64,000 nucleotides of DNA from Bacteroidia bacterium (GTDB taxonomy: Bacteria; Bacteroidota; Bacteroidia; 2-12-FULL-35-15), in the NCBI GenBank assembly GCA_045805205.1, contig JBJMLR010000007.1, positions 114,467-178,466 of the forward strand, read 5' to 3'. This document shows, piece by piece, positions 19,926 through 29,535 of this stretch (the first letter of the stretch is position 1; each line of letters starts with the position of its first letter). Below the pieces are notes generated by a model that was not told the DNA's origin, did no database searches, and saw only the letters and a program-made list of their open reading frames with translations. Position numbers and translations under genes: made by a program.

Positions 19926-20735
19926 TTACCTGTTAAATGCCATTCTTAGCTTGATGTCCGTGATCACTTTTTTGGTATAGAGCGGAAAATCGCCGTTAAG
20001 CATCCAGGAGTAATAGGATGGCTCTTCACGGAACACCTGTTCCACCGGCTTGCCGATATGCTTTCCGAAATTGAACACTTCCACGCCTTTATCATTAAAG
20101 ATCACTCTTCCGGCGAGATCGGCATTTTTGTTAATGTTGGTAAAATCGTGCAGGGCTTTTATATCATTCTTTACCGGCGTGGATCTGTTTCCTTTCCTGT
20201 CCTCAAATTCAACGCCATCATAACGCTGCAGCTGCGCCAGGAAAATTTCATAGGTCGCCTCGATATCAGCCTGTGCGCTGTGTGCATTGATGATCTCTTT
20301 TCCGCAATAAAATCTGTAAGCAGCTTTCAGCGTCCGCTGTTCCATCTGGTGAAAGATATTCTGTACATCAACGAAGCGCCGTCCCTTCACATCGAAATCG
20401 ATCTCGGCACGGAGGAATTCTTCTACAAGGATGGGAATGTCAAACTTATTTGAGTTATATCCGGCGAGGTCGCAGTCTTTGAGGAATTCAGCAAGACTTT
20501 TAGCGATCCCTTTGAAGGTGGGTTCATTCGCCACATCCTTGTCGTAAATACCGTGAATCTCTGATGACTGGGCAGGGATGGGGATCGTTGGATTGATCCT
20601 TTTTGTTTTTATCTCCTTATCTCCGCCGGGGGAAATTTTAAGGATCGAAATTTCAATGATCCGGTCAGAAGCTACATTTACTCCTGTTGTTTCAAGATCG
20701 AAGAACGCAATGGGTCGGGTGAGATTTAGCTGCAT
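19926..20735 (-). CDS. DEDDh 3'-5' exonuclease (DNA pol III epsilon-like)
   Basis: FFDLETTG, YNSNKFD, AHSAQAD. Start at ATG 20735 (MQLNL) avoids overlap with the upstream gene. Confidence 0.9.
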   Translation of the reverse strand: MQLNLTRPIAFFDLETTGVNVASDRIIEISILKISPGGDKEIKTKRINPTIPIPAQSSEIHGIYDKDVANEPTFKGIAKSLAEFLKDCDLAGYNSNKFDIPILVEEFLRAEIDFDVKGRRFVDVQNIFHQMEQRTLKAAYRFYCGKEIINAHSAQADIEATYEIFLAQLQRYDGVEFEDRKGNRSTPVKNDIKALHDFTNINKNADLAGRVIFNDKGVEVFNFGKHIGKPVEQVFREEPSYYSWMLNGDFPLYTKKVITDIKLRMAFNR

Positions 20736-20748
20736 GCTTTTTTGTTGA

Positions 20749-22326
20749 TTACTGTTTTTGAAGCATGAACACTTTCTTGCTTTCATTCTGGCCGATGCCA
20801 ATGTCAAAAATAAAGAACACATCGGTAAGCGTTTTGTAACCGTCGGCTTCTATGGTTACTTCATACTTACTCGGAGTGAGCGCCATAATGAATTTGCCGC
20901 TTGCGGGATTCGGGTTGTAAGTAAGCTCCGGTGCATCTTTATTTTTCAGATCTCTCACCGTAACGAATGTTACCACGTTCTTCGCGCTGTCCACTGTACT
21001 GATGTATCCCTGGAGGACCGTTGTGCGATCTTCGGCATCGTTGAACTTGATCCGATAGAGGTCAAGGTCGCCGAATCCGCCGTCCCGCACAGCAGAAATA
21101 TAGGCTACGCGGTTATCCTGGGTAAATGAGATACTTCTGTCGTCACCTGCGGAATTGATCGGATATCCGAGGTTTTTAGGTTCTGTCCAGGTATTCTCTT
21201 CTTCGTTCCAGGTGCTTTGAAAAAGGTCGAAGTCGCCCATTCCGGCATGACCCTGCGAAGAAAAATAAAGTGTTTTGCCATCGGGGGCAATGGTCGGGAA
21301 ATCCTCTTTGTATTTTGTATTTATAACATTTCCGAGGTTCTGTGCTTTTGCCCACTGTCCGTTGGGGAGCTTCCGGGCCATGTAGATATCGGTTTCGCCT
21401 GATCCTCCGTCACGTTTACTTGCGAAGAAAATGATGTTTCCATCGGGTGTGATCGAGCCGGCTGTTTCAAAATCGGAATTCACATTTGCATTGAGCTTTC
21501 GCATGCGCTGGAAAGTTCCGGCCTTGTTCATGGAAGAGTATATATTTCCGAGACTGTCGATGTGATCGATGTACATCAGCATGGTTTGTCCATCCGGTGT
21601 TAATCCGACAGCTTGCTCATCGTAGCGAGTGTTTACCGTACCGCCCATATTCTTCGGCTTGGTCCACACATCGTTAACCGGTGTCGAAATGTAGATGTCG
21701 GACGAGTAATAACCATCTACCTCTACCTCTCCGCCGATGTTGTCTTTTCTGCGCGAAGTAAAAACGATGAAGCTTTCATTTTCGGGAACGAAGGGATAGT
21801 AGTCAGGGAATTCAGAATTGATTTCTTTTCCAAGATTCTGGAAGGTAACATCCACCGGGTGTTTTACATATTCTTTTCCATTCTCGCAGGTTTCGATCTG
21901 GTGATCTATCTTCTCCAGCTCGGGACCTTTGAGACCGGCTTTATAAGTTGTGAAGGTCTTGATCGCATCATCGAAGCGGCTTGCATACTGGTAGGCGAGC
22001 CCCAGGTGGTAGAACGCCATTTTATCGGCCTTGGGTGATTTGCAGGCTGTTTCCAGGTAGGGAATCGCCAGCGATTTATTGATATTGGTGTAGAGGTAGC
22101 AGATCCCGAGCTTGTAGTTGTAGTCGATGTTATCGGGTTCCTGCTTCAGAAGCTGTTTGTAAGCCGGGATGGCGAACAGGAAATTACCATGATTAAAGTG
22201 CTCTTTTGCATCGGCAGGATCAATCACCTTGGAGGTTTTTGGTTGAGCGGAAGCACTGACAACAATTAAAAAGATGCATGTAAAAAATACAACTCCCCTG
22301 TAAATTACCGGTCTGAAATTCTTCAC
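20749..22326 (-). CDS. TPR + PD40 + carboxypeptidase-regulatory-like protein, PorE-like, lacking an OmpA domain
   Basis: Signal ASA/QP, TPR helices, PD40 repeats (DIYIS, NLGNVINTKYKEDFP, NLGYPINS), ends after the beta-sandwich. Confidence 0.8.
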   Translation of the reverse strand: MKNFRPVIYRGVVFFTCIFLIVVSASAQPKTSKVIDPADAKEHFNHGNFLFAIPAYKQLLKQEPDNIDYNYKLGICYLYTNINKSLAIPYLETACKSPKADKMAFYHLGLAYQYASRFDDAIKTFTTYKAGLKGPELEKIDHQIETCENGKEYVKHPVDVTFQNLGKEINSEFPDYYPFVPENESFIVFTSRRKDNIGGEVEVDGYYSSDIYISTPVNDVWTKPKNMGGTVNTRYDEQAVGLTPDGQTMLMYIDHIDSLGNIYSSMNKAGTFQRMRKLNANVNSDFETAGSITPDGNIIFFASKRDGGSGETDIYMARKLPNGQWAKAQNLGNVINTKYKEDFPTIAPDGKTLYFSSQGHAGMGDFDLFQSTWNEEENTWTEPKNLGYPINSAGDDRSISFTQDNRVAYISAVRDGGFGDLDLYRIKFNDAEDRTTVLQGYISTVDSAKNVVTFVTVRDLKNKDAPELTYNPNPASGKFIMALTPSKYEVTIEADGYKTLTDVFFIFDIGIGQNESKKVFMLQKQ

Positions 22327-22413
22327 CTTTTTCTCTTTAAATTAGCCCTGGAAACAAGTTTGGTACCAAAGTACAAAAAATGTTTTTTTTATGAAAGGTT
22401 TGTACTCAATAAA

Positions 22414-22447
22414 TAAAAAAACCTCTGCTTTTCTTGGAAACAGAGGC
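22414..22447 (-). terminator. Intrinsic terminator
   Basis: Minus strand CCTCTG...CAGAGG stem followed by a T7 tract, just downstream of the 823-aa gene. Confidence 0.75.
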
Positions 22448-22469
22448 TGTGCTTGACTTTTAAAGCGAT

Positions 22470-24941
22470 CTAGTAGGCGGAGAATTTCACGTATTGGAAC
22501 TTCTCATACATGCCCTTATTGATAAGATAATCGAGATTGTATTGTGGTCCCGAAACGAATGATTTTTCTTTCGCGAAGTTCACTTTTGAAGCATCGATCC
22601 CTTTTGCACTAAGTGCTGCAAGGAGTTGCGACTTTGCTTTTTCCGCTCTTGCAACAGAAAGTTCCTTATTGCTCTTAAATGCCCGGGTCGGTACCTGGGA
22701 AGCGCAGGACTCCATGTTGATGTTGATCTTGCCGTTTTTGTTTGCGAGCTCCACCAGGTTATCAATGTACTGCTTGAATGGATCATCCGACGGATCGATC
22801 TCGGTGACATTGTACTTAAAGTTCATTTTGAAGTTGAGCTTATCAACGCTTGCAAGCTGCTCATGTCCCTGATCGGTATTATGGTCATTAGTATGACCGG
22901 TGTTGTGATCCGTATTAACCGGGTTGTCATTTGTAGTTGTAACCGGTTTCGGGTTGGTCTTGAATTTTATGCTGGTTTTGCCGTAAGTGAATTTGCTGCC
23001 AACCGTTTTCGATTTCAGCAGGTTTCCTTTACCATCCTTGAATTCTGCGTAAGATTTTTTTCCGATCACATGCGTATCATTTTCGTCCATGGCAACCAGG
23101 TATTCCTCACCGATCGGCAGATCCGTAAAGATGAACCATCCGAGCTCATCCGTAGTGGTCGTTTTTACCACTTCACCTTTGGAGTTCAGCAGGTTCACTT
23201 TCAGGTTTGCAAAAGGAGCATCTTTTGGATCAACGATCTTTCCATCGACTGAAACAAAGGCAACATCGGTTGCGGTATTGGTTGTGTTTACAGGATTGGT
23301 AGCGGTAGAATCTGCCGGAGCGCCGCCTAAATGAACGCCGTTCAGCCGCACCTCGCGATTGATCTCCTGGTATGCTGCGCTTGCCGGAACATCGATCACT
23401 TCAGAGAAAAACTCCTGTCCGTCGTTGGTGTAAGAGAGTGTATAATTGCTTCCCGGGGGGATAATGATCGTAAAGCTTCCGTCGCGGACCATTGGTTTAT
23501 AGACTCCCGCAACAACGCCGGTTTCATTGTTCGTAACGGATATTTCAAGGAAAGGAGGCAGTTCCTGGCCGGCTGCCGGAATAATGAATCCTTTGATGAG
23601 CACGAGCGGAACTTCTTTTCTGTCCGGGATCGTAACCATGTAAATGTCTTTTTCTCCATATCCTTCTGCACGGGAAGAGGAGGAGTAATAACCGCGCTTT
23701 CCATCAGGAGAAGTAACGTAAAATACGTCGTCATCCGTGGTGTTGATCGGGTAACCGATGTTCAGCGGCTCATCCCAGTTCCCGGTCTCATCATTTTTTG
23801 AAGAGAAGAAAATATCAAATCCTCCGATCGTGTTGTGCCCGGTAGAGCTGAAAAAAAGCACATTGCCGCTCGGGTGAATGAACGGCGATTCTTCATCATA
23901 GGGAGTGTTTACCGGCGCTCCGAGGTTTTGTGCCTTGGCCCACTTGCCGTTCGGAAGCTTTACACATTTCCAGATGTCACGGCCGCCAAGTCCGCCCGGG
24001 CGATCGCTAACAAAATAAAGTGTATTTCCGTCAGGTGTGATACAGGCGCTGGTTTCCCAGCCGGGGCTATTGATATCGGATCCCATCGCTTGCGGAAAGG
24101 TCCAGTCATTTCCTTCCAGCGTGCTGAAATAGATGTCACCGCCATTGTCGTTCTTGTAAATGAGAAGTGTTTGAGCATCGGCCGAAAGACCTACGCTTGC
24201 CTCGTGGCTGGACTCTTTGTTAATGTTAGAACTGACCGATTTCGGGGTGCTCCAGGTGCTGTCGCTTTTTCTCTGGGAAACATAGATGTCCTCAAAATAC
24301 TGGCCATCGTCCGTTTTTTCGATACCGCCTTCCGGGCGGCGGGAAGTGAACATCAGTGTTTTTTCATCTGCAGAAAGAACGGGACTGTATTCCGGCGCAG
24401 CGGTATTGATGCTGTCGCCGAGGTTCTTCAGAATAATATTGATCGGTGCACCGCACAATGCTTTAGCGGTGTTGCTGATCTCGATCTGGCGATCGACGTC
24501 TTTGATCAGGTCCGCATTTTTGCTGCGAAGAAAAGACTTGAATTTCTCGTAGTTTGCAATGGCATCATCAAAACGGTAGCAAAAGTGAAGTGCCTGTCCG
24601 TAGTAGTAATAGGCATTAACAGGCGCCTGTTTTTGTGAAGGTTCTTCCGGGTTGTACTTTTCAGTCGTTTGAGCAACGGCCTTTTCAAGATAGCTCAGCG
24701 CTTTTTTCTTCTCTGTTTCCGATTTAAGGAAGCAAAGCCCTACTTTGAAGTTGATATTTGCGTTTGTGGAGTCGATGGCATAAGCCTCGAGAAAGTTCTT
24801 CAGCGCCAATCCATAGTTGTTCTCCAGGATGAGGTAATTTCCTTCGGTGAATTTCTGCCTGTATTCGGCTTTACCACCTTGTCCTTTTACGGATGCATTC
24901 AACAGAAAAAGAGAAAAAAATATCGCAACTATTTTTCGCAT
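22470..24941 (-). CDS. PorE-like TPR/PD40 protein with extra beta-sandwich and divergent OmpA-like C-terminus
   Basis: TPR, PD40 repeats, two CRD-like domains, low-complexity linker, C-terminal NFKYN...ESCASQVPT...LSVARA...GPQY...FQYVK. Confidence 0.8.
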   Translation of the reverse strand: MRKIVAIFFSLFLLNASVKGQGGKAEYRQKFTEGNYLILENNYGLALKNFLEAYAIDSTNANINFKVGLCFLKSETEKKKALSYLEKAVAQTTEKYNPEEPSQKQAPVNAYYYYGQALHFCYRFDDAIANYEKFKSFLRSKNADLIKDVDRQIEISNTAKALCGAPINIILKNLGDSINTAAPEYSPVLSADEKTLMFTSRRPEGGIEKTDDGQYFEDIYVSQRKSDSTWSTPKSVSSNINKESSHEASVGLSADAQTLLIYKNDNGGDIYFSTLEGNDWTFPQAMGSDINSPGWETSACITPDGNTLYFVSDRPGGLGGRDIWKCVKLPNGKWAKAQNLGAPVNTPYDEESPFIHPSGNVLFFSSTGHNTIGGFDIFFSSKNDETGNWDEPLNIGYPINTTDDDVFYVTSPDGKRGYYSSSSRAEGYGEKDIYMVTIPDRKEVPLVLIKGFIIPAAGQELPPFLEISVTNNETGVVAGVYKPMVRDGSFTIIIPPGSNYTLSYTNDGQEFFSEVIDVPASAAYQEINREVRLNGVHLGGAPADSTATNPVNTTNTATDVAFVSVDGKIVDPKDAPFANLKVNLLNSKGEVVKTTTTDELGWFIFTDLPIGEEYLVAMDENDTHVIGKKSYAEFKDGKGNLLKSKTVGSKFTYGKTSIKFKTNPKPVTTTNDNPVNTDHNTGHTNDHNTDQGHEQLASVDKLNFKMNFKYNVTEIDPSDDPFKQYIDNLVELANKNGKININMESCASQVPTRAFKSNKELSVARAEKAKSQLLAALSAKGIDASKVNFAKEKSFVSGPQYNLDYLINKGMYEKFQYVKFSAY

Positions 24942-25009
24942 ATCGGAGCAGGCTTAAAACGAAAAATCCCATCCAAAGAACAGCTTTGGGTAGATTTTTA
25001 TAACGTAAG

Positions 25010-25017
25010 CAAAAATA
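25010..25017 (-). promoter_or_regulatory. -7 promoter box (TATTTTTG)
   Basis: TAnnTTTG on the minus strand upstream of start 24941. Confidence 0.4.
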
Positions 25018-25085
25018 TTAAAATTTAGCTAAGTAAAGCGTGGGAGTCAAAAAAGAAATTAACAAAAAAACATACCCGGAAAGCC

Positions 25086-27359
25086 CTATTTCGGCGCGAC
25101 AATCTTCAGCTCAACACGACGGTTCTGCTGCATCCCTTTGAGATCTGGTTTTCCATTTGGCAATGTATTCGGTGCGATCGGCATGGTTTCTCCATAACCT
25201 TTCGCCACAAGATATTTCCCGTTTACGCCTTTCTTGATGAGCGCCGCAACTACCGACTGAGAACGCAGCTGAGAGAGCTTTAAATTTGCAGCGTCATTTC
25301 CTTTGCTATCGGTATGTCCTGCAACTTCGATCGTCAGATCCGGGTATTCCTTCATGAGCTCTTTCAGCTTTTCAAGCTCCAGGTTTGATTCCTTCCGGAG
25401 GGTTGCTTTGTTGGAGTCAAAGAATATGTTGTTCAGGACGATCTTTGAACCGACCTCCACCTTGTCGAGCACAATATTCTTTGTTAAAACAGAATATTCC
25501 GGTTGCTTCGGCACATTCACATTTTCCGATTGAAATAAATAACCTTTGGCCTCATAGGAGAGGTTATAGTTCTGGCCGCGGTTCAGGATAAAGAAGTAGG
25601 AGCCGGAGTCGGATGAAGTGTAGTAGGTATCGATGAGCTTACCGGTTACGTTATCTTTTACAATGATCGCGGCACCTGCCACTGCTTTTCCTTCTTTATT
25701 AGTAATTGTGCCGGCGATGCTGATCGTTCCGAGCGTCTTGCTTTCAAGATTTACGAGCTGCAGAAGGAGCTCTTTCTCCAGTTCCTGGTAAGAGGAATTA
25801 GCCGGGATATTGATGGTCACATCAATTGGCTGATATCCTTCCGCTTCATAGCTGATATTGTATGTTTTTCCTTCGTTACCGGGAGTCAGGATCAGGAGGT
25901 ATTTGCCCGTTGCTTCATTGGGTTTCACGTTCTGAACTACCAGTCCGCTTTCCATGTCGGTTACCATGATCTCCACGCGGGCCAAGCCTTTGGTGCTTCC
26001 ATCGAATGTAACGTAACCTTTGAGGAGCGTCAGCGGCTCAACAATGGTCCGTTCATAATTCACCATGTAGATGTCTTTTTCACCATAACCGCCGCTTCTG
26101 GCGGAGGAGAAGTATCCGCGCTTTCCGTCAGCCGACTGAACATAGAACACATCATCATCCGGCGTATTGATCGGGGAGCGGAGGTTTTCCGGGTCCGACC
26201 ATTTTCCATTATCGTCGCGCGTTGATTTAAAAATATCAAACCCGCCCATGTTCTTGTGTCCTTTTGAGCTGAAGAACAGCGTAACACCGTCCGGGTGAAT
26301 AAAGGGAGCATCCTCGTCATCGGCAGTATTGATCTCAGGACCGAGATTGACAGCCTGGCTCCAGAGTCCGTTCGGAAGCTTTACACAGCGCCAGATATCG
26401 CGTCCTCCATAGCCTCCTTCTTTCCTGTTGCTCACAAAATAAAGTGTATTTCCATCAACGGTCATGGAAGCATGGGTTTCCCAGTCAGGCGAATTTACGG
26501 TTGAGCTCAGCGGTGTGAGCCCGCTCCATGTGTCGCCTTCCAGCGTGCTTGTATAGATATCTCCCCCGTTCACGTCGCGGTATACGAACAGCTGTTGCCC
26601 ATCCGCGGAAAGGCCGATATCGGCTTCATTGCCATTGGTATTAATGCTTGATCCGATCGATTTTGGGCTGGTCCAGGTGCCATCTGCTTTTTTGTTGCAG
26701 TAGTAGATGTCTTCCATGAACTGATCATCGTCCGTTTTATCATTTCCGGTACTTCCGGGCCGGCGGGAAGTAAAAATGAGCGTAGATTCATCGGCTGAGA
26801 TCACCGGGCTGTATTCCGGGTAAACCGTGTTGATGCTGTCGCCTAGATTATTGATGCTGACATTTGCAGAGTCCTTCACCAGCTCAATGGCGGCATAATT
26901 CGTTTCCACCTGCTTTGCGAGGTCGCTTGCCAGATCCTTGTTCCGGCTTCCTACAATGTCCTTGAATTTATTGAAATAAGTAGAAGATTCGTTGAAACGG
27001 TAGGCCAGGCGATAGGCCACCCCCAGCGAGTAATAAGCCATTTCAGGGGCTTTTTTCTCCCGCGGGTCCTCCGGATTATAATTGTGTCCGACATTCTGAA
27101 CCGCTTTTTCGAGATAGCTGAGGGCTTTTCCTTTTTCAGAAGCCGACTGAAGGTAGCAATACCCGAGCTTGTAATTGATATTTGCGTTGCTTGAATCGAC
27201 CTGGTAGGCCTCTTTGAAGTATTTCAGGGCCAGGGCATAATTCTGTTCCAGGATGAGGTAGTTCCCCTGCACAAAATTCCCTTTGTAATCACCTTTTTCG
27301 ACCTGTGAAAAGCTTATCTGCGCAATGAAAAAGAATAAGAAACCGGGAATTTTCTTCAT
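25086..27359 (-). CDS. PorE-like TPR/PD40/CRD/OmpA_C protein
   Basis: Canonical OmpA C-domain NIFFD...GHTD...NLKLSQLRS...GYGE...NRRVE. Confidence 0.88.
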   Translation of the reverse strand: MKKIPGFLFFFIAQISFSQVEKGDYKGNFVQGNYLILEQNYALALKYFKEAYQVDSSNANINYKLGYCYLQSASEKGKALSYLEKAVQNVGHNYNPEDPREKKAPEMAYYSLGVAYRLAYRFNESSTYFNKFKDIVGSRNKDLASDLAKQVETNYAAIELVKDSANVSINNLGDSINTVYPEYSPVISADESTLIFTSRRPGSTGNDKTDDDQFMEDIYYCNKKADGTWTSPKSIGSSINTNGNEADIGLSADGQQLFVYRDVNGGDIYTSTLEGDTWSGLTPLSSTVNSPDWETHASMTVDGNTLYFVSNRKEGGYGGRDIWRCVKLPNGLWSQAVNLGPEINTADDEDAPFIHPDGVTLFFSSKGHKNMGGFDIFKSTRDDNGKWSDPENLRSPINTPDDDVFYVQSADGKRGYFSSARSGGYGEKDIYMVNYERTIVEPLTLLKGYVTFDGSTKGLARVEIMVTDMESGLVVQNVKPNEATGKYLLILTPGNEGKTYNISYEAEGYQPIDVTINIPANSSYQELEKELLLQLVNLESKTLGTISIAGTITNKEGKAVAGAAIIVKDNVTGKLIDTYYTSSDSGSYFFILNRGQNYNLSYEAKGYLFQSENVNVPKQPEYSVLTKNIVLDKVEVGSKIVLNNIFFDSNKATLRKESNLELEKLKELMKEYPDLTIEVAGHTDSKGNDAANLKLSQLRSQSVVAALIKKGVNGKYLVAKGYGETMPIAPNTLPNGKPDLKGMQQNRRVELKIVAPK

Positions 27360-27391
27360 ATATATTGCAAAAGCCCGTTTTAAAGGCCATG

Positions 27392-27399
27392 CAAATATA
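27392..27399 (-). promoter_or_regulatory. -7 promoter box (TATATTTG)
   Basis: TAnnTTTG on the minus strand upstream of start 27359. Confidence 0.5.
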
Positions 27400-27456
27400 G
27401 TTTTTATGGGGACTTAACGAAATTATTTGCCTAAAATCTTTGTGTCGGAAACCGTG

Positions 27457-29514
27457 TTATTTTTTAGCGGCAGCTTTCACTTTGATATATTGAAACTGCT
27501 CGTATGTGGCCATATTTTCCGCAGCGTCTTTATTGTATTCCGGTCCCTGGACGCGGGCATCCGTCTCGCTGAAAACGATCTGCTTTTCTTTGATCCCCTT
27601 TTTCCTGAGCGCTTTGGTTACTTTTTCACGCGCTGCTTTTCCTCTCAGGCCTGCAAGATTTTCATTGCTCCGGAATGTGCTGGTCGGTACCCTGGATGCG
27701 CTGGATTCGATGCTGATCACCAGGTCCGGATTATTGCGGATGCAAGAGCTCAGCCTGTCGATAAATGCGGCAAAGTCAGCAGCAGACTCATCAATTTCTT
27801 TTTTGTTATACTTGAAATTCAGCTGAAAAACAGCTTTCGGATCGCAGAGGGCCCCGGTACTATTATTGTTTCCGTTCCTGCCTGCTATTGCCGCGCTGTC
27901 GCCGTAATAAGGAACTTCGATCCGGATCACCTGGTAACCTTTTCCTTTCGGGGCATCCAGGATCTCTGAGTGAAATTCTTTACCGTTCATCGTGAAAACC
28001 GCTTTGTATGATTTGCCGACCGGAAGATTGGCGCCGAATTTACCGGAAGAGGAATTTGCAGTGAGTACCTGCAACGTATCATTTTTATCAGTGCTCAGGA
28101 GATAGATCTTGTTTCCGCTGATGCTTTCAGAAGAATTGTTCTGAAGCTTTCCAAGCAGAATTGAAATATCACGCGGTTCATTTTCGGGGAACTTGATCAT
28201 GTAAATATCTTTTTCGCCAAATCCGCCTGGCTTGTCGGAAGAGAAAAAAGCTCTTTTTCCGTCCGCCGTAGTGATCAGGAATACGTCGTCATCAGTGGTA
28301 TTTACCGGGTAGCCGTAATTTACCGGGGGCGACCAGTAACCATTTTCATCATCGACAATAGATGTGAAGATGTCGAAACCTCCCATGGAGTTATGTCCTT
28401 TAGAGGAAAAGAAGATCTGTTTTCCATCCGGGTGAATGAAAACGCCATCTTCATCATATTTGGTGTTGATCACATCCCCAAGATTCTGTGCAGGGCCCCA
28501 TTCTCCGTTCGGAAGCTTGAGGCACTTGTAAATGTCACGTCCTCCGTATCCTCCGGGTCTGTCGCTTACAAAATACAATACCCGGTTATCGGAGCTCAGG
28601 CAGGCATGTGATTCCCAGGAAGAGGAATTGATCGGAGCAGAAGCATATTCCGGCGGTCCCCATTCAGATCCTTTCAGCTCACTGATGTATATGTTCCCGT
28701 TTCCGCCATCGTCCTTGTAAATGAATAATTTTTGTCCGTCCGCCGAAAGATTTATCGTTGCTTCATGTCCCTGCGAGTTGACGCTTTTTCCGATCGATAC
28801 AGCCTTGCCCCATTTTTCTCCGTCGTAAGTTGAAACAAAGATGTCTTCAAAATACTCTCCGGTAGGGAGGAGCTTATCGGTCGTTCCGCCCTTCCTGCGT
28901 GTGGTGAAGATGAGTGTTTGCTCATCCAGCGACACGACCGGCGAGTATTCCGGATATTTTGTGTTGATCCCGTCGCCGAGATTTTCGACGATCATTGTTT
29001 TCGGCGCTTTTACCAGCTCTTTCCCGAAGTTGCAGGTTTCGATGTCATGATTAACATCGGCAATTTCCTTTGCAAACTTTGGATCCGTTCCGAGGTCGGT
29101 GATATAGCGCTGATACATTTCAATCGCTTTATCAAATTCATAGTTGAGGTGATACGCTTTTGCAAGGTAATAGGTGCTTGACATCGGCGCTTTGCGTTCT
29201 TTTATTTCGCCTTCTTCGTATAGTCTTGCAACATGCTGAACAGCGTCTTCCAGATATGGAATTGCATTGGTCTTGTAGGTAGGTGATTTGAGGTAGCAGA
29301 TGCCGATCTTGAAATGGAGATTGGGATTTCCCTGGTCCATTGAATCGAGCTTCATGTAGAGCGGGAGCGCCGCAACATAATTCTCATTCACAAAATAATC
29401 TTCCGCCTGGAGATAGATCTTCTTATAATCGCCGCCGTTTCCTGCAATGGCGGCAGTTCGGGTCAAACATAGTAAGAAAACAATCAGGTAAAAAAGCGGG
29501 AGTTTTTTTTGCAT
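27457..29514 (-). CDS. PorE-like TPR/PD40 protein with divergent OmpA-like C-terminus
   Basis: TPR, PD40 repeats, C-terminal NFKYN...ESSASRVPT...LAGLRG...GPEY...FQYIK. Confidence 0.8.
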   Translation of the reverse strand: MQKKLPLFYLIVFLLCLTRTAAIAGNGGDYKKIYLQAEDYFVNENYVAALPLYMKLDSMDQGNPNLHFKIGICYLKSPTYKTNAIPYLEDAVQHVARLYEEGEIKERKAPMSSTYYLAKAYHLNYEFDKAIEMYQRYITDLGTDPKFAKEIADVNHDIETCNFGKELVKAPKTMIVENLGDGINTKYPEYSPVVSLDEQTLIFTTRRKGGTTDKLLPTGEYFEDIFVSTYDGEKWGKAVSIGKSVNSQGHEATINLSADGQKLFIYKDDGGNGNIYISELKGSEWGPPEYASAPINSSSWESHACLSSDNRVLYFVSDRPGGYGGRDIYKCLKLPNGEWGPAQNLGDVINTKYDEDGVFIHPDGKQIFFSSKGHNSMGGFDIFTSIVDDENGYWSPPVNYGYPVNTTDDDVFLITTADGKRAFFSSDKPGGFGEKDIYMIKFPENEPRDISILLGKLQNNSSESISGNKIYLLSTDKNDTLQVLTANSSSGKFGANLPVGKSYKAVFTMNGKEFHSEILDAPKGKGYQVIRIEVPYYGDSAAIAGRNGNNNSTGALCDPKAVFQLNFKYNKKEIDESAADFAAFIDRLSSCIRNNPDLVISIESSASRVPTSTFRSNENLAGLRGKAAREKVTKALRKKGIKEKQIVFSETDARVQGPEYNKDAAENMATYEQFQYIKVKAAAKK

Positions 29515-29535
29515 ATTGTTTTGTTTGTGGTTCTT

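Noticed and set aside
19926-20822. Extended ORF-track starts (also 4727, 12880, 32315, 45371, 58973, 60147)
   Set aside because: They overlap neighbouring genes or add non-homologous N-termini, so downstream ATG/GTG starts were used.
23835-24638. 267-aa and 208-aa plus-strand ORFs over PorE-like genes
   Set aside because: Antisense to well-supported genes, with no family motifs.
24968-24990. CCAAAG...CTTTGG hairpin upstream of the 823-aa gene
   Set aside because: Short stem with no U-tract. Insufficient support as a terminator or operator.
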